A stretch of 62,578 nucleotides of DNA from Candidatus Zixiibacteriota bacterium (GCA_050117845.1 JASFLY010000015.1:1-62578), one strand, 5' to 3'; shown: positions 36,594 through 47,548, numbered from the stretch's first letter. Notes: generated from the sequence alone by a model not told the origin. Numbers and translations are program-made.

Positions 36594-39500
36594 CAGAAAT
36601 AAATGTTGAGGTCCACCTGGCCGCTGTGCTCCGTATCCTCCTCGTCGGGCCGGCGTTCGCCGTCGTACGTGAAGATAAGCGTTACGTATTTTCCGACGCC
36701 TTTGTTGACGCTCGCCTCCCACTTGTGGGTGACGCCGGGCGTCCGGGACAGCAGCGTCTCGGAGCCGCCGTACCCGGAGACGTCGTAACTCGTGCGCTCG
36801 TACCAGGTATTAACCGTCCCGGATTCGGTCAGGCGATACGTCGCTTCCGGTTTCACTTTCGTCCCGTCGATGTCGGTGGCGGCGCCGTTGAAGTCCTCGC
36901 GTCGGCGGGACAGCTCCGCCCGGGCCTTGACGTCCAGCCGCGTGGTCAGGTTGTACGTCGGCTCGACGCCGTAGATCATCTCGGTGGCCCGCGTGACCGC
37001 GGCGCCGCTCACGTTCTCCTCCACGACGGATTCCCACTCCCGCACCCGCTCCACGTCGGCCTGCACGGTCAGGCGCGCCACCGGTTCGCCGACCACCTCG
37101 CCGTAGCGGGACGTGCGCCAGTCGCGTTCCTCCCGGGCGGCCACCGTCCGCAAGAGCGAATCCTTAATCGTGTAACGGAGCCGGCCGGTGAGGCGGCGGT
37201 TTATTGGGAGTATCGTCAACGTGTAGCGCTGCTCCAGGTCGCTGTCCAGCGCGTCCTCGCCCAAAAGGTCCTGCAGCACCGCCACCGCGAAGCGGCGGGG
37301 GGACGACGAGCTGTTCCGGGCGTGGAGGTAGAGGTCGGCCGCCGCGGCGTCGAGCCACGGGTTGCGGTTCGCGGCGTCGCTCCGGACGTCGTTGAAACGG
37401 TACGGCCTGACGTCCACGTTGACTGTAAGGTCGGGCTCCAGGACCGGGAAGGCCCGGCCGGTGTAGCGGTAGGTCTTGACGTAGATGGCGTCCGGGTCGT
37501 CGGGATCGTAGACGTAGATGAAGCGATTGGGGTTCCGGGGATCGGGCTCCCGGCGGTAGTCGCCGTCGCGGTCGGCCGCGACCTCGAATACCTCCTCCCG
37601 TTCGTACTCCTGGAGGTTGTTCAGCTCGTACCGGGTCCGGATGCCGAGCGCCCGCTCGAGCGGCGTGTAATAGGCCTCGAGGAGAGAGAGGTCGGAGTAC
37701 GTGTCCAGCGTGTCGGCGGCGTAAAAGTCCTTCTTGGTTTTGGTGTATTCGCCCCGGGCGTTCAGGAGGCCGGGGTTGTCGTAGGTGCAGGACGCGTGTT
37801 CCCGGTGACTGCGGTACGAGGGGGCGAAGGCCAGCTCCTCGACCTCCTCGCCCCTCCCCCCCGTGTAACCCAGGTTCACGTCCCAGCCGGCGGCCGGCGT
37901 TACGCCCGTCCCGAACCCCAGCTCGCGGTCGATGGTCCCCGTGTCGGGCGTGCCGTCTACCCGGTAGTCGCCGCGCCGCTTCTTGTCGTAGACGCGGACG
38001 TAAGGCCGGAGGCGCCAGAAGGAATAGGAAATCTTGCCGGTCTGTTCGCGCCGCGTGTGTTCGTCGTAAGTGAGGAAGTTTATGAAGGCCTCGTCCCCGT
38101 ACTCGAAGGCCGCCGCGCCCCGTTGGCCCCGGCGCCGGACGTAGTTGAAGTCGTAGGTGACGTGGGGGAGGCGCTCCGGCGTCCAGTCGAACGCCGCGGC
38201 CCGCCGCTCGCCGCGATGGTACATGTACCCGGTGGCCGAGAGGCCGACGTAGCGCTGGTGGATCGAGCCGTAGGTCCCGGAGAAGGAGAGCGAGCGCACG
38301 GGGCTCTCGGTGACGGTCGTCTCGTGCAGGTTGTAGCCCGGCGGCCGCGTGAGGCCGACGACTTCGTCCTCCAGGTCCCAATCCCGCAGGAAAGATACGT
38401 CGTCCTCGCGGCCCAGGTTGCGGAAGTGCGTGTCCCGCGTCTCGATGCGGTGGCCGACGGTGAGTTCGCCCAGCGGCCGGAAAAGCTCCAGCGCGTCCAG
38501 CCGGATCGTGGTGTCAAGGGCCCCGGCCAGGCCGGTGTTGTCGTCGTCGCCCAGCGGCGAGAAGGTGTTGGCGTCGAGGTCGCTCGTCGCCCCCTCCGCC
38601 TCGACCGTGATGAGACGCGTGGGCGCGAAGGTCGTCGAGAAGTCGAAGAGGCTCTGGCGCTTGGGCAGCGGCAGGAGGATGGTCCGCGGCATGTAGTCGC
38701 CGTTCCCCGCGCCGACGTAGGTATAGACGTAGACGCCGAGGATCGGGTCCCACTGGCGAACGTATTCCCCCTGGCCCTCCCCGACGTATTCGTATATGAC
38801 GTTGCCGTTCTCGTCCACGACGACGACGCGGCCCCGCTCCGGATCGTCGCCGACCAGCGGCAACAGCACGTCGCGCTGCTCCTGGGTGAGGCCGAAGAAG
38901 TCGCTGTCGCGGTCGTCCTCCTCGTGGACGTACAGCGCGTCCACGGTGATGGTGTCGCGGGCGAAGCGGCCCAGCGCCGTGCCGCCGTAGAAGTTGCGCT
39001 GGTATTCCTCGGTGCTGTACTGGAAGTCGACGACGATGCGGTCCTCGGCCGAGACCGGCCGGCGGACCGTGAACGTCAGCGTCGCCAGGTCGTAGTCCAT
39101 GACGTAGTCGGCGTTCTCGCCCGGCGCCATCTCCACGCCGTTGAACCACACCGTCTCGGTCCCCGGGAGGACCAGGATGTCGTCGTCGTCGCGGGCCGTG
39201 AGGCGGTAGGGCCCCTGGACGCCGTCGACGCCGTAGAACTCGTTGGTGGCGAAGCGGCCTCGCGCCCGGGCGCCGTAGGCCGAAGCCTCCCATTCCGGGT
39301 AGAACGCCTCCGCCATAATGCCGGTTAGCCGCCGCTCGTAATCGGCGAAGCGCCGGCCGCTTATTTCGGTGTCGTAGTCGCCGAAGGTCCCGGCGAAGTG
39401 TTTCCCCTCCACCCTCATGCTTATCTTGTCGACGGCCTCGACGTCCTCGGTGGTGCCGCCCTCGTCGAGGGGGAGGTTCTGGTCCGTTATCTCGCCGGTG

Positions 39501-40048
39501 ATTTTAACCTCGCCGACCTGGCCCCGTATGGACAGCCGCAGGGACTGGTCGAAGTCCGCCCCCTCCGCGCTGCCGGCCCGCACGGTGAAGGTCTTGGAAC
39601 CGGCGACGTCGAGCTGGGATGGCGAGGACGCGGCCTCCTCCAACCGCTCCAGCTCCTCGGCCTCGTTCTCGCTCTCGAGCGCCGCCCGGAAGTCGTCGCC
39701 CTGCAGGAACGGCAGGTATTCGTACGTCACCCGCAGGGGGCCGGCGTAGGGCGGGGGAGCGAGGACGGTTAGCGTCCCGGCGTCGTAGTCGAGGCGGTAG
39801 TCGCGGCCCCTCTCCCACGCCGCGTCCCCCACGCTGACCGCCTCGGAACCGTAGAAAATATATTTATAGGGAAGCCGGTAAGTGGCGCCCTCCTCGACGG
39901 CGGCGACGTCGAACGAGGCCCGGGCGGCGGCCAGCGTCTCGCGCCACCCGGGGCCCGCGTCCCCCGGGCCCGCGGCCGGCGTAGCCGACGCTACGGCCAA
40001 CGTCAGGGCCGCGGCCGCGGCCCAGCGCCATCTACCGGATATTCCCAT
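36593..40048 (-). CDS. Large (1151 aa) putative outer-membrane beta-barrel protein
   Basis: Signal peptide; extensive alternating beta strands; terminal VDLNIYF. Confidence 0.75.
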   Translation of the reverse strand: MGISGRWRWAAAAALTLAVASATPAAGPGDAGPGWRETLAAARASFDVAAVEEGATYRLPYKYIFYGSEAVSVGDAAWERGRDYRLDYDAGTLTVLAPPPYAGPLRVTYEYLPFLQGDDFRAALESENEAEELERLEEAASSPSQLDVAGSKTFTVRAGSAEGADFDQSLRLSIRGQVGEVKITGEITDQNLPLDEGGTTEDVEAVDKISMRVEGKHFAGTFGDYDTEISGRRFADYERRLTGIMAEAFYPEWEASAYGARARGRFATNEFYGVDGVQGPYRLTARDDDDILVLPGTETVWFNGVEMAPGENADYVMDYDLATLTFTVRRPVSAEDRIVVDFQYSTEEYQRNFYGGTALGRFARDTITVDALYVHEEDDRDSDFFGLTQEQRDVLLPLVGDDPERGRVVVVDENGNVIYEYVGEGQGEYVRQWDPILGVYVYTYVGAGNGDYMPRTILLPLPKRQSLFDFSTTFAPTRLITVEAEGATSDLDANTFSPLGDDDNTGLAGALDTTIRLDALELFRPLGELTVGHRIETRDTHFRNLGREDDVSFLRDWDLEDEVVGLTRPPGYNLHETTVTESPVRSLSFSGTYGSIHQRYVGLSATGYMYHRGERRAAAFDWTPERLPHVTYDFNYVRRRGQRGAAAFEYGDEAFINFLTYDEHTRREQTGKISYSFWRLRPYVRVYDKKRRGDYRVDGTPDTGTIDRELGFGTGVTPAAGWDVNLGYTGGRGEEVEELAFAPSYRSHREHASCTYDNPGLLNARGEYTKTKKDFYAADTLDTYSDLSLLEAYYTPLERALGIRTRYELNNLQEYEREEVFEVAADRDGDYRREPDPRNPNRFIYVYDPDDPDAIYVKTYRYTGRAFPVLEPDLTVNVDVRPYRFNDVRSDAANRNPWLDAAAADLYLHARNSSSSPRRFAVAVLQDLLGEDALDSDLEQRYTLTILPINRRLTGRLRYTIKDSLLRTVAAREERDWRTSRYGEVVGEPVARLTVQADVERVREWESVVEENVSGAAVTRATEMIYGVEPTYNLTTRLDVKARAELSRRREDFNGAATDIDGTKVKPEATYRLTESGTVNTWYERTSYDVSGYGGSETLLSRTPGVTHKWEASVNKGVGKYVTLIFTYDGERRPDEEDTEHSGQVDLNIYF

Positions 40049-40114
40049 AATAAAACGCCCCCGGTCGGGGGTGGGGTCGTCGGGACGGGGCCGGCCGTCG
40101 GCGGGCGGCCGGGC

Positions 40115-41140
40115 CTATTTTTCCTCGTCCTCGAGTTCTGGAGCCTGGGGCGGCTTCTCGACCCGATCCGGAAGGCGGTACTCCACCTCTATTATCTTTA
40201 TTACGTGATTGTACGTATCCGCTACATATAATCTTCCGAACGGGCCGAAGGCGAGGCCGCCGGGGTGGTTGAAATCCTTGGCGCCGCTGCCCAGCTTGCC
40301 TGTCGCGCCGAGGAACCGGCCCTCCGGGCTGAATACGACGACGCGGTCGTTCCCGGCGTCCGATACGAATATATTGCCGAAGCGGTCGAAACACAGCGCG
40401 GACGGATTGCGGAGAGATTCGTTCCCGGTCTGCAGGATTACGGCCAGCGGGTTGCCGAAACGATCGTACGATTGCAGGCGGGAGTTGCCGCCGTCCGCGA
40501 CGAAGGGCCGGCCGTTCCGGTCCAACGCGACGTCGGACGGGAGGTTGAGTTTCCCCAGGTCGGTCCCGTAGTACCCTAGCTCCAGCGTAATCTCGCCCAG
40601 CGCGTTGAGCCGCTTCACCTTGTGGTTGCCGGTGTCCGTGACCCAGAGGTTGCCCAACTGGTCGACGGCGACGCCGGCGGGCCGTTCGAAGTGGGTGGCC
40701 ACCTTGTCGCTCTGGCCGAACGACTTGAGGTATTTCCCGTAGATGTCGTACTGGTGGACCAGGCCGCGTTCGCGGTCGCTGACGTAGATGTACAGCTCCT
40801 GGTCGATGGCGATGCCGGCGGGGGATATCAGCCCCTCGCCCTTCCAGCCGTAGCGGCCGAAGGGCGTCTCGAATTCCCCGTTCGGGTTGTAGCGTTGGAT
40901 GCGGAGGTTGCGGCTGTCGACGACGTAGAGCATGCCGGCGGTGTCGAAGGCGACGTCCGTCGGCTCGTTGAACTGGCCGTCGTCGCGGCCGGCCTCGCCG
41001 ATGAGGTCGACGACCTTCAGGCGGGCCGGAACGGTAGCGTCGTCCTTGCCGACCAGCGTCACGGCGCCGGCGGCCGACGTTAAAGCCGTCGCCACGATGA
41101 CGGTGACGACGGCTCGGAGTTTCGGTATCTGATTCGCCAC
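40115..41140 (-). CDS. Secreted NHL-repeat beta-propeller protein
   Basis: Six (F/L)xxPxxVAxD...YV.D..N repeats; signal peptide from GTG 41140. Confidence 0.88.
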   Translation of the reverse strand: MANQIPKLRAVVTVIVATALTSAAGAVTLVGKDDATVPARLKVVDLIGEAGRDDGQFNEPTDVAFDTAGMLYVVDSRNLRIQRYNPNGEFETPFGRYGWKGEGLISPAGIAIDQELYIYVSDRERGLVHQYDIYGKYLKSFGQSDKVATHFERPAGVAVDQLGNLWVTDTGNHKVKRLNALGEITLELGYYGTDLGKLNLPSDVALDRNGRPFVADGGNSRLQSYDRFGNPLAVILQTGNESLRNPSALCFDRFGNIFVSDAGNDRVVVFSPEGRFLGATGKLGSGAKDFNHPGGLAFGPFGRLYVADTYNHVIKIIEVEYRLPDRVEKPPQAPELEDEEK

Positions 41141-41162
41141 GGGATGGTGGTCGAACGGCGAT

Positions 41163-42152
41163 TTAGAATTCGTATCCGACGGCGAACCGGTTGCGGTCTT
41201 CAAAGATTTCGCCCTCCGGAACGCGGCTGTAATCGAAACTAAGGCCCTTATAAGAGAAGCCGAAGCCGAGAGTCAGCCCCTTTATTTCGCCGTATTTGTC
41301 GTAGTAGTAACCGCCGCGCACGGCGATCATCTTGGCGTAAACGTACTCGATGCCGCCGGAGTAGACGCCCTGCGCCAGCTCGTCGCCGATTCCGTCGCCC
41401 AGGTTCATCAAAAGCTTGGAACCGTCCGCGAGCGCCGTCAGGTCGTTGAGGTCGGTCGATAGGACGTTGTAGGCCACGCCGAACCGGGCGGCCCGGGGCG
41501 GCGCGAAGGAGACGTCTATCTCGCTGTTCTCGGTTTCGCTGTAGCGCGTTACGGATTTACTCGGGCCGAGTTTGTTGAACGAGAGGCCGCAGCTCAGGCC
41601 CTTGACCGGCGTATGGTAGAGCGCGCCGACGTTGAAGAGGACTTGTTGGTCCGTTCCGCCCTCCGAGTCGGCCAGGTGCTCGTAGGCGTAGGTCACGCCG
41701 GCGCCGACGCCCAGGTCCTCCCGGAGCGGGTAGGCCCAGTAGGCCGACGGAGCGGCGGTGTAGCTATGTATGGTCCCCAGAACGCGGCCCTGTTCGTCCG
41801 TCCGGTCGCTTTTGCCGGCGTCGCTGTAGATAACGTCCATGCAAAAGGTGCCGTACTTCCCGAAGCCGTAGGAGAACGCGGCGTAGTCGTAGAAGATGTC
41901 GCCGAGGTCTCCCGTGCCGCGCGGCTCGTGCATTACGCTTACGCCGTTTTTATCGAGCAGGGCGATGCCGCCCGGGTTGTAATACGAAGCGTTAACGTCG
42001 TCGGCGAGGCCGGTGAAGGATTTACCGACGCCGCCGGGGCGGCCGCCCGGTTCGATTATTAACGAAACGAATAACGGTATGTCGTTGGTTTCACTCCACG
42101 ACGTACCAGCGGCTATTGCGCATAGTAGTATTAGTAGGGCGAGTTTTTTCAT
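41163..42152 (-). CDS. PorV/PorQ-family outer-membrane protein
   Basis: LIIEPGGRPGGVG.SFTGLADDVNASYYNPGG; GIEYVY...RGGY; terminal AVGYEF. Confidence 0.8.
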   Translation of the reverse strand: MKKLALLILLCAIAAGTSWSETNDIPLFVSLIIEPGGRPGGVGKSFTGLADDVNASYYNPGGIALLDKNGVSVMHEPRGTGDLGDIFYDYAAFSYGFGKYGTFCMDVIYSDAGKSDRTDEQGRVLGTIHSYTAAPSAYWAYPLREDLGVGAGVTYAYEHLADSEGGTDQQVLFNVGALYHTPVKGLSCGLSFNKLGPSKSVTRYSETENSEIDVSFAPPRAARFGVAYNVLSTDLNDLTALADGSKLLMNLGDGIGDELAQGVYSGGIEYVYAKMIAVRGGYYYDKYGEIKGLTLGFGFSYKGLSFDYSRVPEGEIFEDRNRFAVGYEF

Positions 42153-42222
42153 CTCGTACCCCCTTTCAGCGTGAATTATACCTTTTGGCCTTGATAAAAT
42201 CAAGCGCAAAGGCGGCTCCGGC

Positions 42223-43215
42223 CTAAAACGCGTAGCCGACGGCGAAGCGGTTCCGGTCCTGGAAGAGCTCGCCCTCCGGAACGCGGCCGTAATCGAAGCT
42301 CAGGCCCTTGTAATTGAAGCCGAAGCCGAGCGTCATCCCGTCGATTTCGCCGTACTCGTCGTAATAGTAGCCACCCCGTACCGCTACCATCTTCGCGTAA
42401 ACGTACTCCAGGCCGCCGGAGTATACGCCCTGGGCCAGTTCCTCGCCGGCGCCGTCTCCCAGGTTCATCAAAAGCTTGGAACCGTCCGCCACGACCGTCA
42501 GGGAGTTTAGGTCGCTTTCGAGGAAGTTGTAGGCCACGCCCAGCCGCGCGCTCCGGGGCGGCGCGAAAGAGACGTCCGCGGCGCTGTTTTCGATTTCGCT
42601 GTACCGGCTCGAGGCGTCGTTCCCGCCGAGCTTCACGAGCGCCACGCCGCAACTGAGGCCTCGCAAAGGCGTCTGGTAGAGCGCGCCGACGTTGAAGAGG
42701 AGGGCGTCTTCGGTGCCGCCCTGGGCGTCGGTGAGGTGCTCGTAGGCGTAGGTCATGCCGGCGCCGAGGCCGAGGTCGTGCCGCAGGGGATAACTCCAGT
42801 ACAACGAGGGGGCCGCGCCGTAGACGTGCATGTACCCGAGGTCGTTATTATTCTCGTCCACCATCTTGCTTTTCCCGGCGTCGCTGTATACGACGTCCAG
42901 GCCGAAAGTGCCGAACTTGCCGGCGCCGTACGAGAAGGCGACGTAATCGTAAAATATGTCGCCGACGGTGTCCGTACCGCGCGGCTCGTGCATTATGCTG
43001 ACGGCGTTACGCTCCAGGAGGGCGATGCCGCCCGGATTGTAGTACGCCGCGTGGACGTCGTCCGCCAGGCCGGTGAACGACTTGCCGATGCCGCCGGGGC
43101 GGCCGCCGGGTTCGATTAGCAGAAATCCGAAACGGGGAACGTCGGAGGTGGCGGCCGTGGCCAGCGAGGCCGCCACGGCGAGCAGCATGGCCGTAACGAA
43201 GGTTGACTCCCTCAT
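42223..43215 (-). CDS. PorV/PorQ-family outer-membrane protein (tandem paralogue)
   Basis: Same motifs, similar to 41163-42152 over its full length. Confidence 0.8.
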   Translation of the reverse strand: MRESTFVTAMLLAVAASLATAATSDVPRFGFLLIEPGGRPGGIGKSFTGLADDVHAAYYNPGGIALLERNAVSIMHEPRGTDTVGDIFYDYVAFSYGAGKFGTFGLDVVYSDAGKSKMVDENNNDLGYMHVYGAAPSLYWSYPLRHDLGLGAGMTYAYEHLTDAQGGTEDALLFNVGALYQTPLRGLSCGVALVKLGGNDASSRYSEIENSAADVSFAPPRSARLGVAYNFLESDLNSLTVVADGSKLLMNLGDGAGEELAQGVYSGGLEYVYAKMVAVRGGYYYDEYGEIDGMTLGFGFNYKGLSFDYGRVPEGELFQDRNRFAVGYAF

Positions 43216-43290
43216 TTTATCTCCTCCTTGATGGGATTATACGCGTGCCGGCCGGGCATGCGAGGCTCGTCCCGAACGCCGGGAATGGGA

Positions 43291-43319
43291 TTGACTTGCC
43301 CGGTCGATGGTGTTATTTT
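43291..43319 (+). promoter_or_regulatory. Sigma70-type promoter of glyA
   Basis: TTGACT, 17-bp spacer, TG-n-TATTTT. Confidence 0.5.
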
Positions 43320-43352
43320 GAGCTCCCTATCGTAGAATCGTGGAGGTAAGCT

Positions 43353-44636
43353 ATGAGTCATTTGTGGGAAACGGATCCGGAAATCGCCGCGGCGGTACTG
43401 GGAGAGATTCGCCGCCAGACGGAGACACTCGAACTCATCGCCAGCGAGAACTTCGTGAGCGAGGCCGTGCTCGAGGCCGTCGGTTCCGTCATGACCAACA
43501 AGTACGCGGAAGGGTATCCCGGCCGCCGCTACTACGGCGGCTGCGAGTACGTGGACGTCGCCGAGACCCTCGCCATCGAGCGGGCCAAGGAACTCTTCGG
43601 CGCCGAACACGTGAACGTCCAGGCCCACTCCGGGACGCAGGCCAACATGGGCGTGTACTTCACCGTCCTTGAGCCGGGCGATACGATGTTCGGCATGAAC
43701 CTGAGCCACGGCGGCCACCTCAGCCACGGCCACCCCATTAACTTCTCGGGGCGCTATTTCAACGTGGTCCAGTACGGCGTGCGCGAGGACGACGAGACCG
43801 TCGACTTCGACGCCCTGCGCAACCTCGCGTATGAACACAAACCCAAACTCATAATGGTCGGCGCCAGCGCCTATCCTCGCATCCTGGATTTCAGCAAGTT
43901 CCGGGAGATATGCGACGAGGTGGGCGCGGTATTCGTGGCCGACATCGCCCATATCGCCGGCCTCGTGGCCACCGGCCTCCACCCGACGCCGGTGGGCCTG
44001 GCCGACTTCGTGACGACCACGACGCACAAGACGCTGCGGGGTCCCCGCGCCGGCATGATAATGTGCAACGAGGACCGGGCCAAGGACCTCGACCGCGTCG
44101 TCTTCCCCGGCATCCAGGGCGGCCCGCTTATGCACACCATCGCCGCCAAGGCGGTCTGCTTCGCCGAGGCGCTCCGGCCCGAGTTCAAGGAGTACCAGAA
44201 GCAGATAGTCGCCAACGCCGCGGCCCTCGCCGCCCGGCTGGCCGACAACGGCCTGCGCATCGTGTCCGGCGGGACCGACACCCACCTGATGCTCGTCGAC
44301 CTCCGGCCCTTCGAACTCACCGGCAAGGTGGCCGAGAAGCGTCTCGAGGAAGCGGGCATTACGGTCAACAAGAACACCATCCCCTTCGATCCCGAGAAGC
44401 CGTTCGTGACCTCCGGCGTCCGCATCGGCACGCCGGCCCTTACGACCCGCGGCATGGCCGAGGCCGACATGGAGGCCATAGGCGACATGATCGCCCGCGT
44501 CCTTAAAAACGTCGAGGACGATGGCGTTCTGGCCGAGGTCCGTGAGGAAGTCAAGGCGTTGTGCGAACGCTTCCCGCTGTACGCTGACATGAAGTCGCGT
44601 TATATATCAGAGGCCGAGAAGCGGGGGATGGTTTAA
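43353..44636 (+). CDS. glyA: Serine hydroxymethyltransferase
   Basis: [43 protein letters not shown]. Confidence 0.98.
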   Translation: MSHLWETDPEIAAAVLGEIRRQTETLELIASENFVSEAVLEAVGSVMTNKYAEGYPGRRYYGGCEYVDVAETLAIERAKELFGAEHVNVQAHSGTQANMGVYFTVLEPGDTMFGMNLSHGGHLSHGHPINFSGRYFNVVQYGVREDDETVDFDALRNLAYEHKPKLIMVGASAYPRILDFSKFREICDEVGAVFVADIAHIAGLVATGLHPTPVGLADFVTTTTHKTLRGPRAGMIMCNEDRAKDLDRVVFPGIQGGPLMHTIAAKAVCFAEALRPEFKEYQKQIVANAAALAARLADNGLRIVSGGTDTHLMLVDLRPFELTGKVAEKRLEEAGITVNKNTIPFDPEKPFVTSGVRIGTPALTTRGMAEADMEAIGDMIARVLKNVEDDGVLAEVREEVKALCERFPLYADMKSRYISEAEKRGMV

Positions 44637-45085
44637 TGAGGATAGCCTTCGCCTCCGACCATCGCGGTTTCCCCCTGAAGGAGTACCTGAAGGCGGCGGC
44701 GGCCGAGCTGGGCCACGAGGCCGTGGACTTCGGGACCGACTGCGAGGATTCCTGCGACTACGTCGATTTCGGGAGGGCCGCGGCCGAGGCCGTGGCCCGG
44801 GGCGAGGTCGAGCGGGGCGTTTTGGTCTGCGGCACCGGCGTAGGCATGTCCCTCGTCGGGAACAAGGTGCCGGGCGTCCGGGCGTCGTTGTGCTGGACCG
44901 TACACATGGCCCGGCTGACGCGCGCCCACAACGACTCGAACGTCATCGTCTTCTCCGGCGACCAGACGGGCCTGCGCTACGCCCGGGAGATGTTCGTCGC
45001 CTGGCTCGAGACGCCGTTCGAGGGGGGGCGCCACGGCCGGCGCGTGGATAAGATAAAGGCCATCGAGGCCGATTACGCCAAATAA
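44636..45085 (+). CDS. rpiB: Ribose-5-phosphate isomerase B
   Basis: SDHRG, CGTGVGM, RAHNDSNV, FEGGRH.RRV.KI. Confidence 0.95.
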   Translation: MRIAFASDHRGFPLKEYLKAAAAELGHEAVDFGTDCEDSCDYVDFGRAAAEAVARGEVERGVLVCGTGVGMSLVGNKVPGVRASLCWTVHMARLTRAHNDSNVIVFSGDQTGLRYAREMFVAWLETPFEGGRHGRRVDKIKAIEADYAK

Positions 45086-45090
45086 AGCCA

Positions 45091-45126
45091 AAAAAAAAGA
45101 GCCGGCCCCGGGGGCCGGCTTTTTTC
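45091..45126. terminator. Bidirectional terminator between convergent genes
   Basis: A-run, AGCCGGCCCC-G-GGGGCCGGCT inverted repeat, T-run. Confidence 0.85.
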
Positions 45127-45143
45127 TCGCTTAAGGTTCCCGG

Positions 45144-46169
45144 TTAAGGTTCTCGGTATCGGGCGTAGTTCTGGCCGCCCACGGCCCAGCCGCCGCCCGG
45201 CGAGAACGCGAACTCGAAGACGCGCGTCGCGTTCCCCGTGGAGTTCGAGGCCGGGACCTCGTACCAGCAATCGCCGTCCCAGTACAGCAGCTTATAGTCC
45301 CCGCCGCCGGCCTCGAAAGGCGCCGCCGACACCCACAGTTCGCCTTCGGACGTGCAATAGGCCGCCCGGTAGTAGTAGTCCCGGACGCCGGCCAAACCGG
45401 GCGTTATGTCGCGGACGACGGGCGACACCTGGTATACCGCTCCCCGTCCTACCGTCTTCGGCCTCTCCTCGCCGACGGCGAAGGCGTAACCGTCCGCCGC
45501 CGTCAGGCCGTGGACCCGGAGGGCCCGGTCGAACCCCGTCGGCCCTCCCCAGGTGGTGCCGGAGAGGCGGAGTATTTCGTCGCCGGCGTCGCGCCGGCCC
45601 ACGAGGTAGCCGTTCCCGGCCTTGACGACCACCGGCCCGAAGCTCGTGTAGCCGGACGGCGCGTCGTTCTCGCTCCACCGGGTGCCGTCGTAGCGGAGAA
45701 CCACCGGCTTATAGCCCCTCGGATATACCGTCGCCTGGCCTATGGCCCAGACCGAATCCGGGCCGGCCGCGCCCAGGTAATAGTAATCGACGTCGTTGTA
45801 GGGGCGATGCAGGATCCATTCGTCGGCGCGTTTCTCGAGCAGGGCGCCGCCCCCGCCGCAAGCCCAGCCCGACCCGTCGCCGAAGACGAGGATCGCGTTC
45901 AGCGCTTCCGTAACCGACGGGTCGAACTCCGTTTTGGACCAGGAGTCGCCGTCGAAGCGGGCGATGGCGGCCCGACCCGATTCGTCGAGTTGTACCAACC
46001 CCCAGAAGGCGCCGTCGCTCCCGACCGTGCAGCGGGTCCAGGCGCCGTCGTACGGGGGCGCATAAAAAACCCACGCTCCCAGTGCGGGCGTGGTCGGCTC
46101 GTCCTCCGTGCAGAAGGTCGTCAGCATCGCCAACGAAAATACGGCTGCGCAGATTTTTACGGGTTTCAT
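45144..46169 (-). CDS. Putative lipoprotein, beta-propeller-like
   Basis: Signal peptide with Cys; repeated (Y/F/W)DGxxW and GWAxG motifs. Confidence 0.75.
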   Translation of the reverse strand: MKPVKICAAVFSLAMLTTFCTEDEPTTPALGAWVFYAPPYDGAWTRCTVGSDGAFWGLVQLDESGRAAIARFDGDSWSKTEFDPSVTEALNAILVFGDGSGWACGGGGALLEKRADEWILHRPYNDVDYYYLGAAGPDSVWAIGQATVYPRGYKPVVLRYDGTRWSENDAPSGYTSFGPVVVKAGNGYLVGRRDAGDEILRLSGTTWGGPTGFDRALRVHGLTAADGYAFAVGEERPKTVGRGAVYQVSPVVRDITPGLAGVRDYYYRAAYCTSEGELWVSAAPFEAGGGDYKLLYWDGDCWYEVPASNSTGNATRVFEFAFSPGGGWAVGGQNYARYREP

Positions 46170-46366
46170 GTTCCCTCCATTACTTACGCCCGTGAGGGCG
46201 GTTATCCCCTTTTCCTTCGGCTAGTGCGGTTTCGTTTATCAGGCCCATCCCGGCGCCAGCGGCCCCGGGTGTTTCCGGCCTCATCCGTTAAATTTATAAC
46301 ACCTTTTTTGCCGCTTTGCAATATTCGCTTTCGGCCGGGGGAGCGCCCGGTTCGGATTTATATTGG

Positions 46367-46393
46367 AAAAAAGCGGCCCCGCGGGGCCGCTTT
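46367..46393 (-). terminator. Intrinsic terminator between the two lipoprotein genes
   Basis: AAAAAAGCGGCCCCGCGGGGCCGCTTT. Confidence 0.75.
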
Positions 46394-46398
46394 AACGA

Positions 46399-47427
46399 TT
46401 AAGGCTGTTCGTATCGGGCGTAGGCCTTGCCGCCCACCGCCCATCCGTGGCCGCCGGCGAAGTCTATCTCGAAGAAGCGGGTCGTGGCGCTCGTCTCGTT
46501 TCCCACGTTCACTTCCCGCCAGCCGGTGGCGTCGTAGTAAAGGAGGCGGTACGGTTCCTCGCTGAGCCAGTCGTACGGGGCCGCCGAGACCCAAAGGCCG
46601 CCGCGTTGGTCGGCGTAGCACGCCTTGTAGTAATATTCGTCGGAAGGCAATACGTCGGGCGTGATGTCCTTGACCGAGGGCGCCAACTGGTATACGCGGC
46701 CCAGGTACGGCTCTTGCGCGCGCAGCTCGCCGGCGGCGTAGCATTTCCCGTCGGCTCCGGTAATGTCGAAGAAGTGAAGCGGCTCGTTGAAGGAAATGGC
46801 CGGCCCCCAGGTGATTCCCTGGAGCGTCAGGATTTCGTCGCCGTTCTCCGTCCGGCCTATCATATAGCCGGAGAAATCGCCGGTCATGTAGATGGGGCCG
46901 TAGCTCGTGTATCCGGTCAGGGCCGGGATTTCCTGCCACCCGGTCCCGCTGTTGAAGTAGATCGCCGGGGCGTTGCCGGGGCGCGACAGGCCGTTGACCC
47001 ATACCGGCCAGGTGTCGTACGCGCCCAGGTGGAAGAATTCGAAGTTGGGCCGTATCCGGCGCGGATACCATCGACCGTCGTCGTACTCCACGATAGCGCC
47101 GTTGTTTCCGCAGGCCCATCCCCGGCCGTCCTCGAAGACCCGGACGTCGTTCAGGGCTTCGGTCTCGGAAGGCTCGAACTCGACCTTGTACCAGCGGCGG
47201 CCGTCGAATTTGACGATGGCGGCGCGCTTCGAACCGTCCAGGATCATCGTGGCCCAGAGCGTGCCGTCCTCGGTAACGTCGCAATGGGTCCAGGCCCCGG
47301 CGTACGGGGGCGTACATATTTCCCACTGTCCCACGGTCGCCGTCGGCGCCGTAAATTCGTCGTTGGCGCACGCCACGAGGACGAGCACCGGCAATATATA
47401 CCACGCGGTTATTTTCCGCCCAGACAC
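46399..47427 (-). CDS. Putative lipoprotein, paralogue of 45144-46169
   Basis: Lipobox LVAC; shares PPYxGAWT, FxPSxTEALN, GWAVGG..YARY. Confidence 0.78.
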   Translation of the reverse strand: MSGRKITAWYILPVLVLVACANDEFTAPTATVGQWEICTPPYAGAWTHCDVTEDGTLWATMILDGSKRAAIVKFDGRRWYKVEFEPSETEALNDVRVFEDGRGWACGNNGAIVEYDDGRWYPRRIRPNFEFFHLGAYDTWPVWVNGLSRPGNAPAIYFNSGTGWQEIPALTGYTSYGPIYMTGDFSGYMIGRTENGDEILTLQGITWGPAISFNEPLHFFDITGADGKCYAAGELRAQEPYLGRVYQLAPSVKDITPDVLPSDEYYYKACYADQRGGLWVSAAPYDWLSEEPYRLLYYDATGWREVNVGNETSATTRFFEIDFAGGHGWAVGGKAYARYEQP

Positions 47428-47548
47428 TTGGCATCCCCCTATATCTGAACCCGCTTCCGAACGAGGCGGGATTGCTTCCGTTAACGGGGCCCCTGGCGCC
47501 GACCCTCGTTTATACATGACTACGTTTCTACTATATAATAACCGATAT

